This document shows positions 8,569 through 15,118 of a stretch of 29,939 nt of DNA, one piece after another. The stretch spans positions 1 through 29,939 of the IMG/VR virus record IMGVR_UViG_3300030372_001041. One strand, written 5' to 3'. Both the position numbers and the translations under genes were made by a program. Every line of letters begins with the position of its first letter. The stretch's first letter is position 1. The DNA is from a virus. Its lineage: Duplodnaviria; Caudoviricetes. The notes under the pieces were generated by a model, which was given only the letters and a program-made list of their open reading frames with translations, had not been told where the DNA came from and did no database searches.

Positions 8569-11358
8569 ATGACTATTAAACAAAATGGCGGTGTTTTTGG
8601 AAGAAATCCCACATTCAATGATGTAACGATTGAAGGTGATTTAATCTTAAATGGTGAGACATTTACAGGCTTAGACTTCAATGGTAGCTGGAACGCAAGT
8701 ACAAACAGCCCAACATTATCATCTGGAACTGGTACGCAAGGCGAGTTTTATATTGTTAGCGTAGCAGGTACAACTAACCTGGATGGTGTTACAAACTGGG
8801 GTGTAGGTGATTACTGTTTCTTTAATGGCACAGCATGGCAGAGAATAGAAGGTGGGGCAGATGGTAACTTTGCAAGTCTAACTACAACAGGCAACGCAAC
8901 TTTTGGAGGAACTGCTACAATAAATGGAGGGTTTCTTTCTGTAGCAAATGTATCTACTCCTGAAATAGAATTATTACCTTCAGGCTCAGTAGGTAATGCA
9001 GACATCCGTTTTGATGGATCGTCTTTAGATATTAGGTCAAATTCATCAGGTGCAACTCTTAAATTATCTACTGCTTCTGTTAGTAGATTTGAAATAGCTT
9101 CAGACGGCTCTCTATCCACCCCAACATCCGGCACAAGCAACGTACGCTTTGGTGCTAACGCAGGTAACAGCATTACTAGTGGTGGTACTCAAAATACTTT
9201 GATAGGAGATGAAGCAGGTACTGCAATTACTACGGCTGATTTCAACGTAGCTTTAGGTTATTTAGCTTTGAGCACAGATACTTTAGGAAGTAGGTCAACT
9301 GCCGTTGGCTATCAAGCTTTATCAGTTCAAAACTTTACTTCAGCTACAAATTCTAATAACACAGCAGTTGGTTATTTAGCAGGTCAAAAGGTAACCACAG
9401 GTACGTCACATACGCTTATTGGGGCATTCGCAGGAGATGCTTTAACAACAGGATTAGGTAACACTGCTGTAGGCACAAGTGCTTTATCAGCCGATACTAC
9501 GGGAAGGTATAATGTAGCTATTGGTGAAAATGCACTAAAAGTCCAAAATTTTTCTGGTAGCAATAATGTTTATAACGTAGGTGTTGGTAGGATGGCCGGT
9601 GAAAATGTCACCACAGGAATACAAAACACATTTGTGGGTGGACTTGCAGGCGATGCTTTTACTGATGCTGATTTCAATACAGCAATAGGTTATCAAACAT
9701 TATCGGCAGATACGCAAGGTTCAAGAAGCACAGCAGTAGGCTTTCAAGCCCTTGCAAATCAAAACTTCACTTCAGCAACAGACGTTTACAACACGGCAAT
9801 GGGTCATGGAGCAGGTGGAGCAGTAACCACAGGAACTAAAAATACCCTTATTGGTGGCCTAGCAGGAAATTCGAACACAATAGGCAACGAGAATGTCGCT
9901 TTGGGTTTCAACGCATTAGGGTCTAATGTATCTGGGGATCGCACAGTTGCAATAGGGTTTGGTGCATTATCCGCCCAAAATAATGGAACAAGCACATTTG
10001 ACTCTAATAATGTTGCCGTTGGATATCATGCCGCTGTATCTGTAACAACTGGAACACGAAATGTTGCCCTAGGTGCAGATGCTTTAGCAGGAGCAGATGA
10101 TGATGGCAGAAACATAGCTATCGGTTATGCCGCCTTAAATGTAATGAACACCGGAAATTCTACACCTTACAATGTAGCCATAGGATATAACTCAGGTGCG
10201 TCTGTAACCACAGGTATTCAAAACACATTTGTGGGTGGACTTGCAGGTGATGCTCTAACAGATTCAGATAGAAACGCATTGTTAGGTTATAACGCTTTAG
10301 GTCAAGAAACACTAGGTCAATATAATGTGGCAGTAGGTTATGCCGCTTTAGCCACACAAAATAATACTAGTGCTACTGATGTTTATAACGTAGCAGTGGG
10401 TTACAACGCAGGTGGTGCAGTAACCACAGGTCTATCTAACACCCTAATCGGTGGTTTGGCAGGTGATGCACTGACTGACGCAGACTTTAATGTAGCGGTT
10501 GGTTATTTTGCTTTAAGTGGTGATACAACTGGTTCTAAGTCTGTAGCTGTCGGAACAGGAACATTAGCAGTTCAAAACTTTACCTCCGCTACAGATGCTT
10601 TTAATGTAGCAGTTGGAAATAATGCAGGTGCATCGGTAACCACAGGTGTTCAAAACACATTTGTAGGTGGTTTAGCAGGTGATGGCACTGGTGATGGTGC
10701 AGGTAATACGGCTATAGGTTACAACGCACTTTCCGCAGATTGCGGAAGCCAAAATACTGGCGTAGGCTCTTTTGCTCTTTCTATAGCGACTGGAGCAAAT
10801 AATGTCGGTTTAGGAAGGGCCGCAGGTTTTGAAATTACTTCAGGTAGCAATAATATAGCGATAGGATTAGATGCTCTTAGAACTGGAAGTCCAGGAGGAG
10901 CAGTGACGACAGCAGGTAATGTTATTGGGTTAGGTGATGAAAATATAACATCTTTAAATGCACAAGTTTCATTAACAGTCGCATCTGACGAGCGAGATAA
11001 AACAGACTTTACAGACTTAGATGTTGGTTTAGATTTTGTTAAACAACTCAAGCCCTACACTTACAAGTGGGATAAGCGTTCTAAATATGGCGATAAGACA
11101 GCAGATGACTATGATTTAAATTCTCAAACACCAGATGGCACTCACAAAGAAGATTGGTTAGATGTTGGATTTAAAGCACAAGAAGTTGAAGCTCTTGAGC
11201 AAGAAGCAGGTTATGACAAAGCAAACAAAACAAATCTTGCTGTCACTATTTCAGAGGATGGTAAGCAGTATGGTATGCAGTATGAAAAATTAATACCTAT
11301 ATTAACCAAAGCAATACAAGAACTTGAAGCTAGAATCACAGCATTAGAAGGAGAGTAA
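8569..11358 (+). CDS. Tail fibre / receptor-binding protein with beta-roll (YadA-head-like) repeats and a C-terminal intramolecular chaperone (peptidase S74-like)
   Basis: 929 aa with many N(T/V)A(V/I)GxxA(L/G) repeats. C-terminal ASDERDKTDF..GLDFVKQLKP..GFKAQEV..YEKLIPILTKAIQEL is the S74 chaperone signature. Confidence 0.88.
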   Translation: MTIKQNGGVFGRNPTFNDVTIEGDLILNGETFTGLDFNGSWNASTNSPTLSSGTGTQGEFYIVSVAGTTNLDGVTNWGVGDYCFFNGTAWQRIEGGADGNFASLTTTGNATFGGTATINGGFLSVANVSTPEIELLPSGSVGNADIRFDGSSLDIRSNSSGATLKLSTASVSRFEIASDGSLSTPTSGTSNVRFGANAGNSITSGGTQNTLIGDEAGTAITTADFNVALGYLALSTDTLGSRSTAVGYQALSVQNFTSATNSNNTAVGYLAGQKVTTGTSHTLIGAFAGDALTTGLGNTAVGTSALSADTTGRYNVAIGENALKVQNFSGSNNVYNVGVGRMAGENVTTGIQNTFVGGLAGDAFTDADFNTAIGYQTLSADTQGSRSTAVGFQALANQNFTSATDVYNTAMGHGAGGAVTTGTKNTLIGGLAGNSNTIGNENVALGFNALGSNVSGDRTVAIGFGALSAQNNGTSTFDSNNVAVGYHAAVSVTTGTRNVALGADALAGADDDGRNIAIGYAALNVMNTGNSTPYNVAIGYNSGASVTTGIQNTFVGGLAGDALTDSDRNALLGYNALGQETLGQYNVAVGYAALATQNNTSATDVYNVAVGYNAGGAVTTGLSNTLIGGLAGDALTDADFNVAVGYFALSGDTTGSKSVAVGTGTLAVQNFTSATDAFNVAVGNNAGASVTTGVQNTFVGGLAGDGTGDGAGNTAIGYNALSADCGSQNTGVGSFALSIATGANNVGLGRAAGFEITSGSNNIAIGLDALRTGSPGGAVTTAGNVIGLGDENITSLNAQVSLTVASDERDKTDFTDLDVGLDFVKQLKPYTYKWDKRSKYGDKTADDYDLNSQTPDGTHKEDWLDVGFKAQEVEALEQEAGYDKANKTNLAVTISEDGKQYGMQYEKLIPILTKAIQELEARITALEGE
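9190..10860 (+). repeat. In-frame 216-nt (72-aa) tandem super-repeat within the fibre gene
   Basis: Equivalent codons at 9190, 9406, 9622, 9838, 10057, 10219, 10435 and 10651. The 29-mer CAAAACACATTTGTGGGTGGACTTGCAGG is identical at 9622 and 10219. Confidence 0.85.
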
Positions 11359-11359
11359 A

Positions 11360-11623
11360 ATGAGTGAAGAAGCAGAAGAAGCAGTAGAAAGAACCGAAGA
11401 AGAAAAAGCACAGATGTATTCTGCTATGCTTGGAAGCGTTAGTGTAATTACAAATTGCATAGATGATAGCAATGATTTTTGTAATGACATGACTAAAGAA
11501 GAAAAGAAAGCAAGAGTTATGCGTAGCTCTGGCTATCTTGAAATGGGTGTAGCATTAAGTGATTGGGGTTCAGAAGATATGTCATCTATTAATGCCGCAA
11601 TTACTGCTGCTAACGATTACTGA
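11360..11623 (+). CDS. Hypothetical acidic protein, tail-fibre associated
   Basis: 87 aa with an AGGAG RBS, 1 nt after the fibre stop. Confidence 0.7.
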   Translation: MSEEAEEAVERTEEEKAQMYSAMLGSVSVITNCIDDSNDFCNDMTKEEKKARVMRSSGYLEMGVALSDWGSEDMSSINAAITAANDY

Positions 11624-11636
11624 TTAGGTGAAATAA

Positions 11637-11951
11637 ATGGCTACATATGTAACTAAAAACATTACTGCACAAAACACATTTAGCGATGTGGTTATCTTTG
11701 ATGGTAATTTTAATCTATCTATATCTGGCACGTTTGCTAATGGAACTAAAGTAACAGCACAAAGAAGCATTGACGGCTCTACATTCCATGATGTTGATGT
11801 GTTTACAGCAGTTGGTGAGTTTGTTGGGTTTGAACCAGAGCAAGGTATGTCTTATAAAGTAGGCGTAAAGACAGGTGAGTTTGGTTCAGGTTCTAATGTT
11901 ACTATTAGGCTTGGTGGTGCTTGGAAAAATCCACCGATAGCTAATACATAA
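11637..11951 (+). CDS. Hypothetical beta-rich protein, possibly a virion component
   Basis: 104 aa with an AGGTG RBS. Alternating beta-strand pattern (FNLSISGTF, VTAQRSIDG). Confidence 0.65.
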   Translation: MATYVTKNITAQNTFSDVVIFDGNFNLSISGTFANGTKVTAQRSIDGSTFHDVDVFTAVGEFVGFEPEQGMSYKVGVKTGEFGSGSNVTIRLGGAWKNPPIANT

Positions 11952-11952
11952 C

Positions 11953-12114
11953 GTGATAGATTCAACAAAAGATACGCTAGACGTTGTTGCTGGCTCAACG
12001 GCTCTTATGAGTTTGTTTGGCTGGTTGCCACCTGTAGCGGCATTGTTTACAATCATCTACACAGGTATACGTATCTGGGAGACTAAAACAGTACAATCGT
12101 GGAGAAAGAAATGA
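11953..12114 (+). CDS. Small holin-like membrane protein (53 aa, not in the ORF track)
   Basis: GTG start; MIDSTKDTLDVVAGSTALMSLFGWLPPVAALFTIIYTGIRIWETKTVQSWRKK. Has hydrophobic segments and a basic tail, fills the gap exactly, and overlaps the next gene by ATGA. Confidence 0.72.
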   Translation: MIDSTKDTLDVVAGSTALMSLFGWLPPVAALFTIIYTGIRIWETKTVQSWRKK

Positions 12115-12320
12115 TTACTATAGATGATGTTACATATACTGAAGATCAATTATCAGACGTTTCAAAAGCTCATGTGGAGCGCATAAACGAGTTACGTAAA
12201 GAAGCAGCTAGTTTACAAATGATACTTGAAGAAAAGAAAGTCCTAATTCATACATACGCTGCATCTATCAAAAACTCAGTTGAAGTTGTAGAAGATAAAG
12301 AGGAAGCAGTCAATGAGTGA
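12111..12320 (+). CDS. Hypothetical coiled-coil protein (start revised to ATG 12111)
   Basis: GGAG RBS at 12101 and ATGA overlap with the upstream stop. Begins MITIDDVTYTEDQLSD. Confidence 0.7.
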   Translation: MITIDDVTYTEDQLSDVSKAHVERINELRKEAASLQMILEEKKVLIHTYAASIKNSVEVVEDKEEAVNE

Positions 12321-12615
12321 ATCAATTAAAGTCCCATCATGGGCCGTACCCTTAGTCGCAGCGATTATACCTGCCGCTATCGCATGGGGTACTATGCAAG
12401 CTCAAGCGCAAGCTACTGATGAAGAAGTTGCTAAAGTATCTAAAGTTGTAGAAAAACTTGAGACAACAACTACAGATAACGCTGTACGTACAAAACTAAA
12501 TGAACAAGCTATACAAACTATAGCTGATGGTTTAGCTGCACAGACAGAAATTAGTAAAGCTACTGACGAGAAGTTAGGCACACTCATAGAGATAATGCTC
12601 AAAGAAAGGCGATAA
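12313..12615 (+). CDS. Membrane-anchored coiled-coil protein in the lysis region
   Basis: N-terminal hydrophobic WAVPLVAAIIPAAIAWG followed by a heptad-like region. GAGG RBS. Confidence 0.65.
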   Translation: MSESIKVPSWAVPLVAAIIPAAIAWGTMQAQAQATDEEVAKVSKVVEKLETTTTDNAVRTKLNEQAIQTIADGLAAQTEISKATDEKLGTLIEIMLKERR

Positions 12616-12617
12616 AG

Positions 12618-12860
12618 TTGAAGCTGGTGATTGCACTGGTAGTCATCACTAACGGTGTTCCAGATGACACCAAGAAAACATACTTTATGAACGCACAGCA
12701 TTGCGAGTGGATCGCTCAAGAAATGACTCGTGAACGTAAATATTTTCAAGGGTTTGAAGAAGGCTCTATATTCTGCCGTCCTGAATGGGTAGCTGATGAT
12801 ACAAGAGTCACACGTCTTAATGTAATACCTATGCCTGAGGTTGAAGAAGATGCTGAATAA
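12618..12860 (+). CDS. Hypothetical protein with hydrophobic N-terminus and two Cys
   Basis: TTG start; MKLVIALVVITNG...HCE...FCRP. Fits the operon packing. Confidence 0.55.
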   Translation: MKLVIALVVITNGVPDDTKKTYFMNAQHCEWIAQEMTRERKYFQGFEEGSIFCRPEWVADDTRVTRLNVIPMPEVEEDAE

Positions 12861-13221
12861 TCTTATAGGCCCAGTATCTAATCTTGTAGGTACATGGCTC
12901 AATAACAAGAAAGAAGAAAAACAAGCCAAGCATCAAGCCAAAATGAACGTCATACAGAATGATGCCAACTGGGAACAGATTATGGCAGAGTCATCCAAGG
13001 ATAGCTGGAAGGACGAATTCTGGACTATTATTTTAAGCATACCCATATTCATGGTGGGATATGCGATAGCAAGTGGCGATACTACTGTTATTGACAGAGT
13101 GCATTTAGGCTTTGATGCATTATCCAATCTCCCAGATTGGTATCAATACTTGCTATTTATAGCCATTAGTTCTAGCTTTGGAATACGTGGTGTAAGCAAG
13201 TTAATGAGTCTGAGAAAGTAA
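12841..13221 (+). CDS. Holin-like membrane protein (3TM holin type)
   Basis: SKDSWKDEFWTIILSIPI and LPDWYQYLLFIAISSSFGIRG motifs with transmembrane segments, upstream of the endolysin. True start may be ATG 12850. Confidence 0.75.
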   Translation: MKKMLNNLIGPVSNLVGTWLNNKKEEKQAKHQAKMNVIQNDANWEQIMAESSKDSWKDEFWTIILSIPIFMVGYAIASGDTTVIDRVHLGFDALSNLPDWYQYLLFIAISSSFGIRGVSKLMSLRK

Positions 13222-13364
13222 TGTCTTTTGGTGAATACAATGGTGGAGACGAAGCCACATTGGTCAAGGCTATAATCTTCTTGGTTTTACTTGGTATTGG
13301 CTTTGGTTTAATATGGTTGTTTGGGCCAGAAACTAAAGAAATATCCACAAATATGGGAGATTAA
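13221..13364 (+). CDS. Small single-TM protein (47 aa, not in the ORF track)
   Basis: MSFGEYNGGDEATLVKAIIFLVLLGIGFGLIWLFGPETKEISTNMGD. TAATG overlap with the upstream stop; ends 2 nt before the next ATG. Confidence 0.6.
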   Translation: MSFGEYNGGDEATLVKAIIFLVLLGIGFGLIWLFGPETKEISTNMGD

Positions 13365-13366
13365 TC

Positions 13367-13564
13367 ATGGGTCTATTTAGAAATATTGTAAACTTTTTTA
13401 CAAACTCAGAAGATGTCACAGTACGTAACCGCGATGAAAAAGGTCAGTATGTAGCTGACGACAAGTCTACACCCAACAAGAACGAAGCATACAAAACAGT
13501 ACGTAAGAAAAAAGCTGCACCAAAAAAGAAAGCAGTAGCAAAAAAGAAAAAGCCTACCAAGTGA
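13367..13564 (+). CDS. Small hypothetical protein with Lys/Ala-rich tail
   Basis: GGGAG RBS. The RNRDEKGQYVADDKSTPNKNEAY motif is one I recall from marine phage small proteins. KKKAAPKKKAVAKKKK tail. Confidence 0.7.
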   Translation: MGLFRNIVNFFTNSEDVTVRNRDEKGQYVADDKSTPNKNEAYKTVRKKKAAPKKKAVAKKKKPTK

Positions 13565-13902
13565 AATACTTTGATATAACAGACTTTGATTGTCAGGAGA
13601 CAGGCGAGAATGAGATGTGTCCTGAGTTTCTATCTAAGTTAGATAATCTACGTGATGTCTGTGGCTTTCCGTTTATAGTAACAAGCGGATATAGAAGTCC
13701 ATCACATAGTATTGAATCAAAGAAACCAAAGCCTGGATTTCATGCACAGGGCATAGCATCTGATATTAAAGTAAACAATGGTATTGAAAGATACTTGATT
13801 GTAAAGAACGCTGTAGAGATGGGATTTAATGGTATAGGTGTAGCCAAAACATTTATACACATTGATAACAGAAGCACTGAAGCTGTTATGTGGGGCTACT
13901 AA
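13561..13902 (+). CDS. Endolysin, peptidase M15 family (Zn D-Ala-D-Ala carboxypeptidase-like)
   Basis: FDCQETG, VTSGYRSPSH, HAQGIASDI and GIGVAKTFIHID provide the His-x6-Asp...His Zn ligands. Confidence 0.9.
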   Translation: MKYFDITDFDCQETGENEMCPEFLSKLDNLRDVCGFPFIVTSGYRSPSHSIESKKPKPGFHAQGIASDIKVNNGIERYLIVKNAVEMGFNGIGVAKTFIHIDNRSTEAVMWGY

Positions 13903-14150
13903 CGATATCTAGCTGTCTTCTTTGATATACGTTTTGGTTGTTTAGAAAACTGTTTGCCAGCCTTAGTGTCTCTCTTTTTCTTTCTACTGGTCGCTGCATA
14001 TTCTTGAGACGATAGTGCCTGTCTAGCTTTACGTGGCAAATAACGCTCTCCTGTGGCTTTAGGGCCAACGGTAGATGGTTTACCTGACTTAGTGCCCCAA
14101 TCTTGTTTACCCCAGTCTAAAAGCGATTTCTGTGGCTTCCTGAGTGCCAT
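13899..14150 (-). CDS. Small basic protein (DUF5872-like C-terminal half, tentative)
   Basis: 83 aa; QKSLLDWGKQDWGTKSG...TGERYLPRKARQALS. Very K/R-rich. Confidence 0.75.
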   Translation of the reverse strand: MALRKPQKSLLDWGKQDWGTKSGKPSTVGPKATGERYLPRKARQALSSQEYAATSRKKKRDTKAGKQFSKQPKRISKKTARYR

Positions 14151-14326
14151 TAGGTATAACCACCACCTCTAGCTTTGTATTGCTTGGCTAACATTTGTGC
14201 TTTACGACCTGACCATTGCCCCGGTCTACCACCTTTACCACCACGTTTGATAGCTTCAAACAAACTCTTTCTCATTCTGGGTTTGGTGTAGTTACCAGCT
14301 TCATTGACTCGTGATTTTTTTTTCAT
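14150..14326 (-). CDS. Small basic protein (58 aa, DUF5872-like N-terminal half, tentative; not in the ORF track)
   Basis: MKKKSRVNEAGNYTKPRMRKSLFEAIKRGGKGGRPGQWSGRKAQMLAKQYKARGGGYT. ATGA and TAATG overlaps with its neighbours. Confidence 0.8.
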   Translation of the reverse strand: MKKKSRVNEAGNYTKPRMRKSLFEAIKRGGKGGRPGQWSGRKAQMLAKQYKARGGGYT

Positions 14327-14451
14327 CTCTTGCCTTTTTTAGCAGCAGCTATAACATCACCGCGAGTAATTTTATTTTTGTCACCATACATAGCTGCAAG
14401 TTTTCTTTGTCGTGCAGTTAGTTTTTTCTTTTTTTTCATATCCATAGTCAT
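14323..14451 (-). CDS. Small basic protein (42 aa, not in the ORF track)
   Basis: MTMDMKKKKKLTARQRKLAAMYGDKNKITRGDVIAAAKKGKR. ATGA overlaps at both ends. Confidence 0.7.
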   Translation of the reverse strand: MTMDMKKKKKLTARQRKLAAMYGDKNKITRGDVIAAAKKGKR

Positions 14452-14621
14452 TTACCCATAGCTTTTTTCTTAGCTTTCTCTGATAAGTCTTTGAAATGAA
14501 ACAGCTTTTTACTGTTCTTTGTATGCATAGAACCGCTGTGTAATGAACCGTTTGGCATTTTGTGCGTGCCGCCTGTGTACTCTCTGCCATCAGCAAAGTA
14601 ATGTTTAACTCCTTTAGCCAT
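14448..14621 (-). CDS. Small basic His-rich protein (57 aa, not in the ORF track)
   Basis: MAKGVKHYFADGREYTGGTHKMPNGSLHSGSMHTKNSKKLFHFKDLSEKAKKKAMGK. AAGGA RBS. Confidence 0.8.
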   Translation of the reverse strand: MAKGVKHYFADGREYTGGTHKMPNGSLHSGSMHTKNSKKLFHFKDLSEKAKKKAMGK

Positions 14622-14623
14622 GA

Positions 14624-14686
14624 TTATTTCCTTGGCTTACTTTTTTTTGGTTTTGGCTTGCTCTTTGAACCTGTATGATATGGCAT
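14624..14686 (-). CDS. 20-aa Lys/Pro-rich peptide (not in the ORF track)
   Basis: MPYHTGSKSKPKPKKSKPRK preceded by TAGGAGATAAATC (strong RBS). Fills the gap between its neighbours. Confidence 0.65.
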   Translation of the reverse strand: MPYHTGSKSKPKPKKSKPRK

Positions 14687-14696
14687 GATTTATCTC

Positions 14697-14984
14697 CTAT
14701 GACCATTTAACTTTATCTGCCCAGAATGCAGCAGACATTTTACCACGTGCTATGTTCTTTCTATGTCTTGCTTTGAAACTTGCACGTTTCTTCTTCATCC
14801 TGTCTGATTCACCTGCTTTTGGTGCACCAGCAGTCTTAGCTCCTTGTTGTCCAAAGCGTATAGTTTTAACTTTATTTCCAGATTTTGCAACAACAACGTG
14901 AGATTTTGTAGGATGATTTGGTGTACGTTTTGGCTTGTTGTAGCCTGATACACCGATACGTTTGAGTAAACTTTTCTTTTCCAT
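14697..14984 (-). CDS. Small basic hypothetical protein, first gene of the basic operon, probably leaderless
   Basis: 95 aa; KSHVVVAK..KTIRFGQQG..RASFKARH..SAAFWADKVKW. The ATG lies 6 nt after TATAAT and has no RBS. Confidence 0.85.
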   Translation of the reverse strand: MEKKSLLKRIGVSGYNKPKRTPNHPTKSHVVVAKSGNKVKTIRFGQQGAKTAGAPKAGESDRMKKKRASFKARHRKNIARGKMSAAFWADKVKWS

Positions 14985-14999
14985 GTCCCGATTATAACA
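14985..14999 (-). promoter_or_regulatory. Extended -10 promoter (TGTTATAAT) giving a leaderless mRNA
   Basis: Minus strand reads TGTTATAAT-CGGGAC-ATG. The 15-mer GTTATAATCGGGACA is identical to 26821-26835 (+). Confidence 0.65.
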
Positions 15000-15022
15000 A
15001 AAAAAGCCCCGTTGTGGGGCTT
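14999..15022 (-). terminator. Intrinsic terminator
   Basis: Minus strand AAGCCCC-ACAAC-GGGGC followed by T7. Confidence 0.85.
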
Positions 15023-15055
15023 AAAAAGGGGTATCAATCAACCTTAAAAAAGGAC
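14999..15055 (-). ncRNA. Putative ~55-nt small RNA antisense to early/middle gene RBS leaders
   Basis: Bounded by a promoter (15089-15060) and a terminator, with no ORF. Contains TCCTTTTTT, TTGATTGAT and CCCTTTTTAA, complementary to leaders at 20744-20764, 20335-20353, 20523-20532 and 17468-17487. Confidence 0.5.
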
Positions 15056-15059
15056 TTAC

Positions 15060-15089
15060 AGTATATATTTATATCTGTCCCCAAGTCAA
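15060..15089 (-). promoter_or_regulatory. Sigma70-type promoter TTGACT-N18-TATACT
   Basis: Minus strand -35 at 15089-15084 and -10 at 15065-15060, in intergenic DNA. Confidence 0.65.
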
Positions 15090-15118
15090 CACTCTTTTTT
15101 TAGCATGTAAAGTTGGGG

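Noticed and set aside
9190-10860. Possible CRISPR array or diversity-generating retroelement TR/VR pair
   Set aside because: The repeats are in-frame coding units with no spacer structure or adenine-specific differences, and no reverse transcriptase or cas gene is present.
227-11411. Nested and antisense ORFs (e.g. 227-526, 2197-2469, 4954-5247, 8811-9173, 10719-11051)
   Set aside because: They are shadows of long, well-supported genes and have no recognisable motifs.
12402-12929. 175-aa minus-strand ORF
   Set aside because: It is antisense to three tightly packed plus-strand lysis-region genes and has no motif.
14381-14596. 71-aa minus-strand ORF in the track
   Set aside because: It straddles two better ORFs (14448-14621 and 14323-14451) in other frames that have an RBS or coupled start/stop overlaps and tile the operon.
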